The notes beneath the pieces were generated by a model, which saw nothing but the letters and a program-made list of their open reading frames with translations, searched no databases and was not told the origin of the DNA. Both the position numbers and the translations under genes were made by a program. A stretch of 63,698 bases of DNA from Prasinococcaceae sp. CCMP 1430 (Eukaryota; Plantae; Prasinodermophyta), in assembly GCA_013416795.1 (NCBI GenBank), contig RQSC01000854.1:27597-91294 (forward strand). Direction: 5' to 3'. Below, one piece after another: positions 31,101 through 42,273 of the stretch (position 1 is the first letter of the stretch; the number at the start of each line of letters is the position of its first letter).

Positions 31101-33304
31101 CCTGAATGTGACGATGCACAATTACCAGCTCCAGACGCTCAGGTGGATGCTCGACCAGGAGAAGGTGGTGGACGGTCTTCGTTCGATCCTCTGGACCAAG
31201 GTGCGCCTGGAGGGCGGTAGGACCGCCTTCTACTCCCACAGCCTAGGCGTGATCGCGGAGCGCGTGCCGTCGTGTCCTCGGGGTGGCTTCCTGGCAGAGG
31301 CGATGGGCATGGGGAAAACCATCATCTCGCTGGCGCTCATCCTGGCGCACCCCGCCCCTCCGCTTGCTGAGGCCCCCGTCACTGCGACGACCAAACCTAC
31401 CCCGGATGATCCCATCGGCTCGCGCGCCACGCTGGTGGTGTGCGCCGTGTCCCTGGTCGGGCAGTGGATTGATGAAGCCCGCTCGAAGTTGGCGGCAGAC
31501 AACCCATTGCGAGTGTACATGTACCACGGGCAGAATCGACTGCGTGACGTGAAGGTGCGGGAGAGACTGGCGCGCTGCTCCCTCGCTTGTGTGCGCGTGC
31601 CCGCGTCGGGCGGGTTCAGTCTGAGTGCTTGTGAGCTGTGTGCGCGCGCCTCGTTGCTTGGGCTGACGCAGGCATCCTGCGGCCCAATCCGCTGTATCCG
31701 CGCGTGAACGCCACGACTAGAGGGTCGCTGATGACTTCGACCTCGTCGTGACGACCTACGCAACTCTGGGGGCGGACTTTTCCAAGGCAAATCGGGAGGC
31801 CGTGAAGAGGCCTCCGTACGATGCCAAGCACCACCCGCTGGGCTCGATCAAGTGGCATCGCGTCATCCTCGACGAGTCCCACTCGATCAAACAGCCGAAT
31901 GTCAATCAGACAAAGGCATGCATAGCGCTGCGCGGGAATTTGCGCTGGTGCGCCAGCGGGACGCCGGTGAACAACGGCATCGAGGACCTGTTTGGTCAGA
32001 TGTGCTTCCTGAGGGCCGCGCCGTTGGACTCGAAGAATGGCTTCGACCTTGGCCTCAAGCACCATTTTTTCAATGGCTTCGTCAGCGCCAGCAAGGCACG
32101 CGAGCTTGCGGCCGTGCTGAAGCGCTGCATGGTGCGGCACACGCAGTCGCAGGTGATGCAGGGCAAGAAACTGCTGACGTTGCCCGAGAAGGACGACGTC
32201 GATGTTGCCGTGACCCTGAGTGCAGGCGAACGACAGAAGTACGACGAGTTACAAAAGGAGGCGCAGCGCGCGTATGGTGCCATCAAGCAGCAGGGACCGA
32301 GCGCGATCCAGCGGAACCGATTCACGGTTCTCTCGCTGCTGCAGCCCTTGCGGCGGTTCTGCAGCGGCGGGAGTCTGGCGCAGAAGGACCTGAAGGCGCC
32401 ACCGCAGCACACGGGCGGCCGCAGGCACACAAACCAGCAGCAGCAGCAATCGAAGGACAAAAAGCCAGTCATCGCGCCCGGCGCAGGCATGCGTTCTGGC
32501 GGCGCAAGTGGGTCCGGCGGCGGCGCGCACGCGAGGACGGGCGGAGCGGGCGGCTCGCGGGGGCCGAATGCCGACGTCAAACCTGTGCTCGCAGCGAACG
32601 AGTCACAGGTGTGCAGTGACCTGCTTGATCTCCCACCGGCGAGTGCGGATGCGACCGGCGCGGATGTCGCTGGTGCCGACGACGCGGAGCCGGACGTGCC
32701 CGCTTTCGTGTCGGAAGCCAAGCTGAGCGCACTTGTGAAGGAGCTCGAAAGAATGCGGGCGAGGGATGTGTCCTCCAAGGCCCTGGTCTTCACACAATTC
32801 CACGGCACGCTGCTTTTCTTGCAAAGGAAGCTGGTCGAAGCGGGGTTTGGATACAGATCCATTACTGGTTCCATGCCTCTCAAGCAGCGTGACCGCGCGA
32901 TACAGGCGTTCCAAAAGGACCCACCCACCACGATCTTTCTTCTGTCGATGCGCAGCGGGGCTGTCGGCATAAACCTGACGAGCGCGGACCACGTTTTCCT
33001 CGTGGAGCCGTGCATGAACCCGGCGCTAGAGGCGCAGGCTGTGGGCCGCGCGTGGCGCATGGGGCAGCAGCGCAAGGTGCACGTCAAGCGGCTCTACGTG
33101 AAGGACTCCATCGAGCAGCGCGTGCGCGAGCTGGCGAAGAAGCGCGAGAAGTCCGGGCCCCAGGAGCCCGACCCATCCGGCAGGGGCAAGGGCAAGGCGA
33201 AGAAGGCAGGCGCCGACTGTAGCGATCTCGCGGGGTCGCTCAAGGCTGACAAGGCGGCCCTCAAGGAGAGCGAGTTCGACGTCCTCTTTGGCATTGACGC
33301 ATAG
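28197..33304 (+). CDS. SNF2-family (RAD5/HLTF-like) helicase with N-terminal Cys/His-rich domain. Exons 28197-28325, 28519 (or 28534)-28709, 28806-31554, 31721-33304
   Basis: GGFLAEAMGMGKT, TLVVCAVSLVGQW, DLVVTTY, WHRVILDESH, RWCASGTP, KALVFTQF, AVGINLT, QAVGRAWRMGQ. Splicing restores CDNC|FCYVCD and RDVK|RVADDFD. Confidence 0.92.
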
Positions 33305-33330
33305 GTTATAATTACTGGATGCCCCGTACG

Positions 33331-35618
33331 TTAATTTTTGTACCCGACTGTGCCCGCGTCCTGCACCTGCTCCGAATTGCTACCGGTCGCCGCAGCGTGC
33401 AAAAGCATCGCCAACTCGTCGTTTCCTGCGCGGCGCGCCTCGTCCTGCGCCGTCTGCCCCCAACGGTCGACCCTGTCAGGGTCGGCGCCAGCCTGAAGTG
33501 CAATGCGTGCGGCGTTGCGGTCAGCAAAGGGGCACGCGAGCCACCAATCGAAGGCAACCCACTGTACAGACATGCGCGAGCGAGCTGCTTGCTTACCTCG
33601 AGCAGCTCCCTGATGCAATCTTTCGCATCCTCTGCTGCGGCAATCATCAGAGCGCTGCGGCCGTCGTAGTCTGCCGCGTCGGGGTCCGCGCCATAGCGGA
33701 GAAGGTTGCCGAGCGTGTGCGCGTCCTGAGCGAGCGCAAGGAAAGGGGAGGCATGCGCACGCGTCAACACTCAGAAATTCTAACTTCGAGCCAGACAGGG
33801 CTGGGGAAGGGTGCGTGCCTACCTTTTTGAAAGCGAGCGTGCAAAGCACACTGGACTCGTCGACGAGCAAGAGCTTGCCCCCTCGAGCCAGCAATACGTC
33901 CGCCGTCGCAAAAGCCTCCGCGCCAACCGCCTCCTGTAGCGGCGTCTTGCCAAAATGGTCCACTGCGGAGGCGTCGGCTCCTGAGTCGAGCAGCAAGTTG
34001 ACGACGGCGGTGTGGCCATTGCAGCTTGCGAGGTGCAGCGCCTGTGAGGTGTGTTGAAATGTCAGTGGACGCGTTCCATGAGCGGCGATGCGATGCACAC
34101 ACTCGCCCGCCTATCAGCACTGCCTTACACACCGTGCGCCCGTCGTAGTCGGCGCTTGCCGCGTCCACCGCCCGATCCTGTAGCAGGCGGTGCACCGAAC
34201 CAACGTCGCCCTTCGCTGCCGCGTCGCAAAGCGCCGAGTTGCTCGGGCGCCACTCGCTCCCATTCGAGGCACGCGCGTCGCTGTCTGGCTGCTGGCGCTC
34301 GTAGGCGCCGATCTGTGACAGGTCGAGCAGGATCTCGCCTCGATTGGCGGCAGGCTCGAGGCGCATCGTCTTGAAGGTACACGCCACTCGGAAGTCATCA
34401 GGAAGGTAGATGCGCCTCGCATGCACCGTCTGCGCATACTTGTCCTCGATGGCGCTGATTGAGCACAGGATGGCCTCGAAATCGACCAAGTGTAGGTCGG
34501 CGCGGCTGAAAGGGTGCGACTTATCCACCAACGGAGAGTCGGGCCCGAGCACGTGAACAATGTTCCAGGTGAGTTGAAAGAGCGGATGTTTGGACTGCAG
34601 CAGAGGCAAATCCTCCACATGACGCTCAAGGCCGCCCTCGGGCGTCGGGATGAGGCGGATGACCGCCAGCGAGACGTTTGCGTCGATGAGCTTTCCGGCG
34701 TCCATTCGCGCGTTCGCGAGGCGCACCTGCAGCTCAGGATACGGCCTACGGTGAAACGGCAGCACGCACACCTGCGAGAACATGATTCGCGCGCCAGGAC
34801 GGGCCAACTTGGAAAACTGTGAAGCGTTTGCAAGTGTCAGTCGACGCGTTGAAGGAGTGGCAATGACACGCGCGCGATCGCCCGCCTACCGGCGGCGCTT
34901 CACGCACCAGCAGTCCCGTCATCATTGCGACTGACACCAGGCCGACGAACGACTCGACGACAACGACTATGTGGTGATAGGTGCACGCCGGCGCAAATCC
35001 GCCGTATCCAATCGTCGAGAATGTTTGAATGGAGAAAAAGAAAAGCTCCCCGTACGTTCCGTCCGTGTTCGTGCACTCGGCGGCGTCGCCGCCGATCATG
35101 AAAAAGCCCGCGAAGATGAGGTTGAGCACGAGGTACACGACGAACAGCGAGAGGATCATCAGGGGCAGCGGCATGCGGAACAGCTCATGGTACAAGTCGA
35201 GGCGCAGGGCGTTCTGCGCGCGCTCCAGCGGGTCGGTCGTCACCGAGCGCACTTTGAGACGAGCCTTGTTCTGCCGTCCCGCCGCGAAGAAGTTGCCGTG
35301 GATCGAGCCCGTTCTTTCGGCAGACACCTGCAGCGAGCGCACGCTCTCCGCGCGGTCCAGCGCAGGCCGCGAGGACGCCGAGGAGGGCGCCCTGGACTTG
35401 CCACGCGACAGGCGACGGTTGCCGACGTGCAAGGAGACGGTGGAAGAGATGCCGCCTTCGCCCCTCGTGCGAGGGCGGCCGCTGCTACCGCCGCGCGACG
35501 ACGTCGAGCTGCTGCCGGCGGCGTCCGCCCGCCCGCCGCCGTCGCCGTCCGCCGATGCGCCGAGCCGACGAAGCCACGCCCAGAGGCCATCCGCGCCGCG
35601 TTGCGGGGGAGACGCCAT
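33331..35618 (-). CDS. Inward-rectifier K+ channel (Kir) fused to C-terminal ankyrin repeats. Exons 35618-34908, 34816-34133, 34041-33823, 33725-33597, 33492-33331
   Basis: FFFSIQTFSTIGYG filter, TGLL|FSKLARPGARIMFS, LQVRLANAR, TWNIVHVLGPDSPL. Ankyrin motifs DYDGRT|ALHLA, DHFGKTPL, DYDGRSAL, DRWGQTA. All four introns are GT-AG and keep frame. Confidence 0.92.
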
Positions 35619-36030
35619 CGCCCAGTCCGGCGCAGTCGTCTGCGGACCCTCGCTCCCTTCCCTCAACTCCCCGGCGGGTCTCCCCCAGGCCGCCCTCGCC
35701 GTCCTTCACCCGTCCGCCTCGGGCGGCCTGGGACCACCCCCTCGCACGGCGGGAGGCGCGCGCGGTGCGGCGCGGCGCCCCCCACCCCCACCCCCACCCG
35801 GCGCGCGCTCGCGCGGTGGTGAAAGAGGAGGGGCGAGTTGGTGGCTCGGTTGCAGGTATATGCGGGCCGTGTGGGGTGGTGGAGGGAGAGGGGAGCGCGC
35901 GCGCGCGCGCGTGCTCGAGTCGCGCGCACCGGCGCACCGGTGCACCCGGCTGCCGCCGCGCCGTCACGCCCGACTAGCAGACGCTCTTGCGCTGACGCGT
36001 GGCACCGCGCGGCGGCGCGCGGACCTGCAG

Positions 36031-36811
36031 CAAGTGGAACGATCTCAAGATCGACGACAGCGGTGCGAACAACGCCGACGAGAAGCCCATGGAGCGTCTC
36101 GACGGCGGCGAAGGGGCCAGCGGCGCTGGCGGGGCGCCGGCGACCACCGTGTCGGCGGGGAAGCCTGTGCAGGCTGCGGGCAGCGCTTGGAACATGAACT
36201 CGTGGCACTATGAGGAGCGCAACTGGAGCAAGTGGGGTAAGGACCGGCTCAACGAGCTTCTGGACAAGGCCGACGTGGCGGGCACCATCGGCCACGACGG
36301 CCTCGAGCTCGAGCTCGGCCTGACCTTCGAGCTGACCAAGAGCGATGGCGACTCGACGACCAACATCCGCAAGGGCAAGAAGATCGTCATCTACGACTAC
36401 GAACTCAGGATCAAATTTAAGGGCTCGGTGCGTGGAGGCGACAACTCGCACGAGGTGAGCGGAGTTGTCGACTACGAACTCACGGTCGACGACGACGAGC
36501 CTGACTACACGTTCAAGCTGAACGAGGACTTGCCCTTCAAGAAAAAGATCGAGACGGCGGTGCTGGCGGCCATCGCCGAGAGGTGCCGGACCTTCGTCAA
36601 GGAGCTCACGGACAAAGGGGGCAGCGCGCAGGGGCAGGGCTTCGCAAGCGGGGCGGTGCAGGAGCGCGTGCAGGTAGGACAGTACAACAAATTCACGGCT
36701 GGGCCTGACGGCGTCGCCAACCTGCAGGCCTCCGCCGCCGAGGCGCGGCGACAGGGGATCATCGGCGACGAAAAGATGAAGCACCTGCACAATAACACGC
36801 CCACGCTGTGA
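36031..36811 (+). CDS. Activator of Hsp90 ATPase (Aha1) N-terminal domain protein; start uncertain (first in-frame ATG at 36089)
   Basis: GSAWNMNSWHYEERNWSKWGKDRL and IRKGKKIVIYDYEL motifs; splice acceptor at 36030 preceded by GCTGAC. Confidence 0.8.
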
Positions 36812-37025
36812 TGCCATGCATCCGGAGGCATTGTACATACGAGCGAGCGCGACGCGACGCGTCGTCTTCGCGCTGCGCGCGTCGGTGGGCGCCCAAAACA
36901 CAACGCACAACTGCATGCCCAGCACGCTCACAGGCGGAGAACACAACACAAATACTACTCACACAGCCCCACTCGCACATCGTGCCAAACTGTATATCGT
37001 AATGAGGGGTTTATTGATCGCCGTC

Positions 37026-39350
37026 TCACCGCCCCGCTTCAAAGATGTCGGGCGTCGCCGTGGCGGCGCTACCGACAGCGGCGTCGTCGGCGGCCTGCGC
37101 GAGCTGGGCTTCGGCGTCGATCCCGTCGTCGTCCTCCCCAGCGATTTCGTGGACTCCGTTGCCCTCCCCGCCACTGCTGCTGCCGTTGCTGCTGCTGCTG
37201 CTGCTGCTGCTGAAACCATCAGACCCACTGCTTTCAACGTCGTCTTCCGCATCGGCCCCCGCGATCTCCTCCGCGCCTCCCTCCGCGACCGCCGTCGCAC
37301 TTTCCTCCGCAGCGCCCCCCTCCGCACCTTCCTCCGCGGCCTCCACCGCTGCCTCCTGCGCACCTTCCTCCGCGACCGCCGTCGCCACTTCGGGAGGCAA
37401 TCGCTGCAGAGGGTACGACTCAACCACCGCGCGCTCATCATCTGCTAGCTCGCGGGCCGGGTGCTCCTCGAGAATCTCGCGCAGACGGTGGCCCTCGACC
37501 TCGTCCAACTCCAGCAGCTCCTCAGCAAGCGCGCGCAGGGCTGCGTCCCGCGATTTGAGGATGTCCATGCAGCGAGCGTACGACCTGTTGACCAGGTTGA
37601 CCACAGCCGCATCCACCTTTGCGGCGGCGTGCGGCATGCGCTCCAGCAGCGCCTCGTCAAAGGCGCCCCAGGACGTCGAACTGAGGTCGTCATCCATCAG
37701 GTACCCAGCGTTGACCATCAGGAAACGCGCGTCGCCAACTGCCGCCTCCAGAGCGCGCGCCGTGGAAGCGGTGATGCCTTCGCGCCCCCACAGCACCTCC
37801 TCCGCTGCGCGCTTGGCCAGGTCAACCACGACCACGTCCTCCAGGTGCTCTCGGCGGCGCGTATAGCGCTCAAGCGCGCTGTTCGACACGTCGGCCAGCA
37901 GCGTGCGCGACACGGACTGACCGCGCGGCACGATTGAGACCTTCAGCACCGGCTGCTGCGACGGCAGGCAGCAGGTCACCAGCGCCTTCGCCGCTTCATT
38001 GAACGCCACCTTGCGGCGCACGGTGGGCTCGGCCAGCGGCGGCAGCACCAGGCCGGACTGCACCTTTTCAATCGCCTCCTCGATCTCGCGCATGGTGATG
38101 CGCTCCAGGTTGTTGCGCACGGTGAGGATGGTCGCCTCGTTCCACACGTTGGCAAGGTCGGCGCCGCTCATTCCCGGCGTCACCTGAGCCGCCCGCTTAA
38201 TGAGCTCCTCGCGGTTTTCTTCGCTCCCAACGGGACGCTTTCGCGCGTGCACACGCAGAATTGCCTCGCGCGCGCGCCGGTCGGGCAGCTCGACGGGGAT
38301 GATGCGGTCCATGCGGCCCTTGCGCACCAGCGCATCGTCCAGGGTGTCCACCCGGTTGGTCGCGCCGAGCACCAAGATGTTGTCCTCATGTGTGTCGAAG
38401 CCGTCGATCTCCACCAAAAGCTGGATGAGGCCTTGCTCCCGCTCATCCACATCCCCCGCTGAGGAGCCGCGCGCGCGCCCGATGGCGTCGATTTCGTCGA
38501 TGAAGACGATGCACGGCGCCTGCGCGCGCGCGCGCGCGAACAGGTCGCGCACGCGCGCCGCAGCCACGCCCACGAACATCTCCACGAACTCCGAGCCACT
38601 CGCCGAGAAGAACGGCACGCCCGCCTCCTTCGCAATCGCTTTGGCAAGGTACGTCTTGCCAGTGCCTGGCGGCCCGACAAGCAGCACGCCCTTGGGGAGG
38701 TGCACGCCCGCCTTCTTGAAGCGCTCGTCGCCCCGCAGCGCGCTCACCAGGTCGTTCATCTCCGACACGACCTTGTCGAGGCCGGCCACGTCGCTGAAGC
38801 TCACGCCTGTGTCGGCATCAGCGAGGAAGCGCGCCTTGGTCTTGCCAGCCTCGCGCGCGACCTGGCTGTTGGACTTGGCACCTTTCTTGTTGCGCTGCCA
38901 ATCCGCCCACCGGTCGAGCACCTTCTGCGCCAGGAAGAGGCCGGTCAGCGGCAGCATCATCGCCGCGAAGTTGGTGGCGAGCGGCGACACCTTCGGGCCC
39001 GTGTGCACCACCACGGTCGCCCCGCTGCTCTTGACGATGTCCATGAGGTCGTACGCGTTGGCGGGTATCTCTACGCTCAGAATCTGGTAGTCCTTGGCCG
39101 CTTCCTCGACGTCCTCGTCGTAGTCCTCCATGGGAATCTTCGCCAGCGTCGTCTTCCCCCCGTCGTAAAAGTCCAGCCGCTCCACCTGCTTCGCCTGCAG
39201 GAACTCCAGCAGGCGCGAGTACGTAATGGGTGCTTCCACGTACGGTCGCGTGTCGAAGTTGCGCTCTGACCACGACAGCACATCCCTCGTGAGCTGCTGC
39301 GTGAGCGACAGCTCTTCCTTGCCGCCGTCGCTGGCCGCGCTCGCCGCGCA
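37026..39350 (-). CDS. Plastid FtsH-like AAA ATPase lacking the HExxH zinc motif (FtsHi type, FtsHi2/4-like); 5' end uncertain
   Basis: FSDVAGL, GVLLVGPPGTGKT, IVFIDEIDAIG, EREQGLIQLLVEIDGF, ATNR..LDDALVRKGRMDR. Protease site reads AFNEAAK instead of AYHExGH. Confidence 0.9.
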   Translation of the reverse strand, partial: CAASAASDGGKEELSLTQQLTRDVLSWSERNFDTRPYVEAPITYSRLLEFLQAKQVERLDFYDGGKTTLAKIPMEDYDEDVEEAAKDYQILSVEIPANAYDLMDIVKSSGATVVVHTGPKVSPLATNFAAMMLPLTGLFLAQKVLDRWADWQRNKKGAKSNSQVAREAGKTKARFLADADTGVSFSDVAGLDKVVSEMNDLVSALRGDERFKKAGVHLPKGVLLVGPPGTGKTYLAKAIAKEAGVPFFSASGSEFVEMFVGVAAARVRDLFARARAQAPCIVFIDEIDAIGRARGSSAGDVDEREQGLIQLLVEIDGFDTHEDNILVLGATNRVDTLDDALVRKGRMDRIIPVELPDRRAREAILRVHARKRPVGSEENREELIKRAAQVTPGMSGADLANVWNEATILTVRNNLERITMREIEEAIEKVQSGLVLPPLAEPTVRRKVAFNEAAKALVTCCLPSQQPVLKVSIVPRGQSVSRTLLADVSNSALERYTRRREHLEDVVVVDLAKRAAEEVLWGREGITASTARALEAAVGDARFLMVNAGYLMDDDLSSTSWGAFDEALLERMPHAAAKVDAAVVNLVNRSYARCMDILKSRDAALRALAEELLELDEVEGHRLREILEEHPARELADDERAVVESYPLQRLPPEVATAVAEEGAQEAAVEAAEEGAEGGAAEESATAVAEGGAEEIAGADAEDDVESSGSDGFSSSSSSSSNGSSSGGEGNGVHEIAGEDDDGIDAEAQLAQAADDAAVGSAATATPDIFEAGR

Positions 39351-39351
39351 C

Positions 39352-39361
39352 GCGCGCCTGC

Positions 39362-39399
<38 letters not shown>

Positions 39400-39468
39400 G
39401 CGCGGGGGCGCCGCACCTTCCGCCTCGGGAACGGGCTTAGCAGCCATAGAACGCACCGCTGACGTCAT
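39352..39468 (-). pseudogene. N-terminal fragment of a cis-prenyltransferase (UppS-type)
   Basis: PPRHVAIIMDGNGRWAQAR signature; runs out of frame into the FtsHi sequence and no further exons are found. Confidence 0.75.
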
Positions 39469-40135
39469 TCCGGCAAGAAACAGGCNGTGGGCCGTCGCAC
39501 GGCCGCCCGGGCGACCACCCACGCCCCTCCCCTCGCTCATCGCTTTGGCACCGCATCACAAGAGGACTCCTTCTTAGACCTGCGCTAGCAGCGGGGCGCT
39601 GTCAAAAGCCGCGCACCAAATCTGCCAAAATCTCCGGCCGGCTGTGCCAAAACGGCTCGCCGGGCGCTGGCGGCAACAGCGCGGTGTGGCTCCCTGCGGA
39701 GTTGCCGCGCACGCCGCTCGCCGGGCGCGGGTCGTAACGGGCCGGGTGATCATCAACCTCGAACGCCGCGCTCCCGCCTGCGGCGTGCGTCAACGCCCAC
39801 GCGCAAACTGCAGACAGCAGACGCACACCACGCGCGGCGCCACGACGCGTCTGCTGAGCTGGATGGCACGGACACACGCGCGACCACGTGGGCCCGCGGC
39901 CTGCCTCGGGCCGGTGCTCGTGGGCTTCGGGCCGGTCACCGGCGGGCCGCTCCGTGCGATCCGGATCGCGGCCAGATCGGCGAGAGGCGCGGCGCCAGGT
40001 CCAGGTACGACGAGGACAGACGGCGTAAGGACGGCACAGGAGGTCGCGCTGTGCGCTTGCCAGAAGCGGGCATCCCGTCTGACGTACAAGCTTCGGTAGT
40101 TCAGTGTTTACAGTGCACGAGCGCGCTCAGGGTGG

Positions 40136-40705
40136 GTGCGTGGGTGGGCGAGGCGGTCGGCGACGGCGCTCGCCGCGCTGCTGTGCGCGCTCGCACTGCT
40201 CGCGGCAGCGGCGCCTGCGCGCGCCGCACGTGCGGGCGGGCGCACGTGGCGGGGGCGCAATGGCAGCAGCGAGGGCAGCAGCGAGGGCGGGAGGGTCGCG
40301 CGCGCCGGCGCGATGCTGCGTGACGTGCGCGGGGCTCTGCGGCGGATGCAGCAGGAAGCAAGCGGCGGCGACGAGGGGCGCTTCGCGCCCGCGGACCTCT
40401 ACGACTGCTATGCGAACGGCGCGTGTGTGGCGTGCACGAACGAGGAGATGCGCGCGCAGAAGACGTGCCGCGCGACTGGCCACCGCCAGGCGATGCACTG
40501 CCGTGTTCGCGGCGGAGGCAGCGCGACGAATGACGACGCGCCGTGGCTGGAGCGGCTGCCCGAAAGCGTCGAGACGCACCAGGCCTGCTCGCCCTTCAGC
40601 AGGCGCGCGAGCTGGGTCGAGGTGGTCGTCTTTGAGTCGCTGTGCTTCGTGGTGCTCGTCGTGGCCTTCCCAGTGATCATTTTTAAGAGGCGGCGCCGAG
40701 GGTGA
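40136..40705 (+). CDS. Small type-I membrane protein, JTB-like Cys-rich ectodomain; start uncertain
   Basis: Hydrophobic signal-like segment, C..G.C..C...C..TG.....C...C pattern, FE followed by a TM helix and a basic tail (KRRRR). Confidence 0.65.
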   Translation: MRGWARRSATALAALLCALALLAAAAPARAARAGGRTWRGRNGSSEGSSEGGRVARAGAMLRDVRGALRRMQQEASGGDEGRFAPADLYDCYANGACVACTNEEMRAQKTCRATGHRQAMHCRVRGGGSATNDDAPWLERLPESVETHQACSPFSRRASWVEVVVFESLCFVVLVVAFPVIIFKRRRRG

Positions 40706-40971
40706 AGGCCGGTTGGGCGGAGCACCAGTGCTGCGCGCGCGGGGCGCGCGCACCTGGGCCATCCGAGGCGCGAATGCTGCCGCGGCCTCCGAGGCCGCGG
40801 AGCTGCTCCGAGGTCCATCTGTAATGCACCTGTAGATTACATCTTCGAGCAGTGGCAAGCACGAGCCGAGACGCGCTCACCCAATGGAAGTGAAGCCAGC
40901 CCTTCGTGGCTCTAGATGGCGCCGGCAAGGACGGCCGCGAGGGCCGGGCCGCCACGGGGGAAAGTCATCCA

Positions 40972-41729
40972 CTACTTCTTTTGGTGCTTCTTCTTCTTCG
41001 CGCCGCGGCCCTTCTTCCGCTCGAGCAGAATTTTGCTGCGAGTCTTCTTCTGCTTTTTCTTCTTGAGGCGAAGTGCCTCCTCCGCCTTGTCCTTGTTCAC
41101 CTTCAGCGCCGCCTCCCGCGCCCGCTTGCGTGCGAGCTGCTCGGCGGCGCGCACCTCCGCCTCGGTGCCGCTCGGCTCGAGCGTCGTCGTCGTCACGGTC
41201 ACGCATGCCCCGCTGAGCTCGTACGCGGTGTTGACCTCGCTCGGCCCCGCATCGACCCCGCCGCCGGCTCCGCCAACCTCGTCGGCCTCGTCTTCACTGT
41301 CAGCTCCCGCGGCAAGCTCCATCAACTTGGATGCGAGCCAGCGCCAGGCGCTCTCACGTCAGCTGGCGGTAGCAGGCGAAGCCGCGCAGGCCGTACGGCG
41401 GACAAGCGCCCGCTGCGCACCTTCGCTTCACGAGCCTCGCGCTTTCGCTCCTGAATCTCCTTTTTCTCTGCGTCCTCGAGCTGTTTCATGCCCTCCTTGC
41501 GCCTCGCTTGCTTGCGCTTGTGGAAGCCAGTCACGTACTCTTTGCGCGCCTTGGCGTCGAAGACGACCGCTGCACCGGGCCGGCGCTTGCGCTTGGCGAC
41601 GTGCGCCGCATCCGCGCCATGCCGCCCGGAGCCGGCGGTCACGATGGGCTGGCCGCCCGCAGACCACCCGCCGATGGGAGTAGAATAGCGCGAATTTTGC
41701 AGCGACGCGGGGCGCGTCCCCGCCACCAT
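40972..41729 (-). CDS. RRP17: Rrp17/NOL12 (Nop25) nucleolar protein. Exons 41729-41421 and 41325-40972
   Basis: VVFDAKARKEYVTGFHKRKQARRK signature; Lys-rich tail; in-frame GT-AG intron. Confidence 0.88.
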
Positions 41730-41856
41730 GGTGGCGAGCAGCGGCAGCGCTGGCCAGCGAGACACGACCCGCCTTGCAGCGCGAGCAGCGGCCGCACGCA
41801 CTCGCCGCCGCCGCTCCTGGCGCGCCGAGGGGGCCGCGCGAAGGGAAGAAAGTGGG

Positions 41857-41858
<2 letters not shown>

Positions 41859-41890
<32 letters not shown>
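41859..41890. repeat. Poly-G tract
   Basis: About 30 consecutive G. Confidence 0.95.
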
Positions 41891-41891
<1 letters not shown>

Positions 41892-42273
41892 GATCAGGGA
41901 GAGCAAGAGGAGCGCGGACCGAAGGGGTGTGAGAGCCTGGCACCCGCGGCGCGCGTGCTGTGGCGCCCGTAGCCAGCGGGGGTACGTGTGGCGCCGGCGC
42001 AGCCTCGCCGCCCCGCGACAAGCGGCTGTACATAAGATAAACCCTATCTAATGGCGGCGGCTCGTATGAATGAATACAATGCTCGCTAGCCATGGAAATA
42101 ACCTAAAATGCCTTCGACCGAAACCGCCAGGACGCCGAAAATTCATGGCGGACTTATCGTAGGTGTACACTAGCTACTGTAGCTACCGGGCGACATGGAG
42201 ACGCGCGTCGGTGGCGATGCTATACACGCGCGAGTCGTGGTCGCTGCGAGGGGCGGGGCGGGCTCGCCCTCCC

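Noticed and set aside
39575-40135. Short ORFs upstream of the UppS fragment
   Set aside because: No family similarity or clear gene model.
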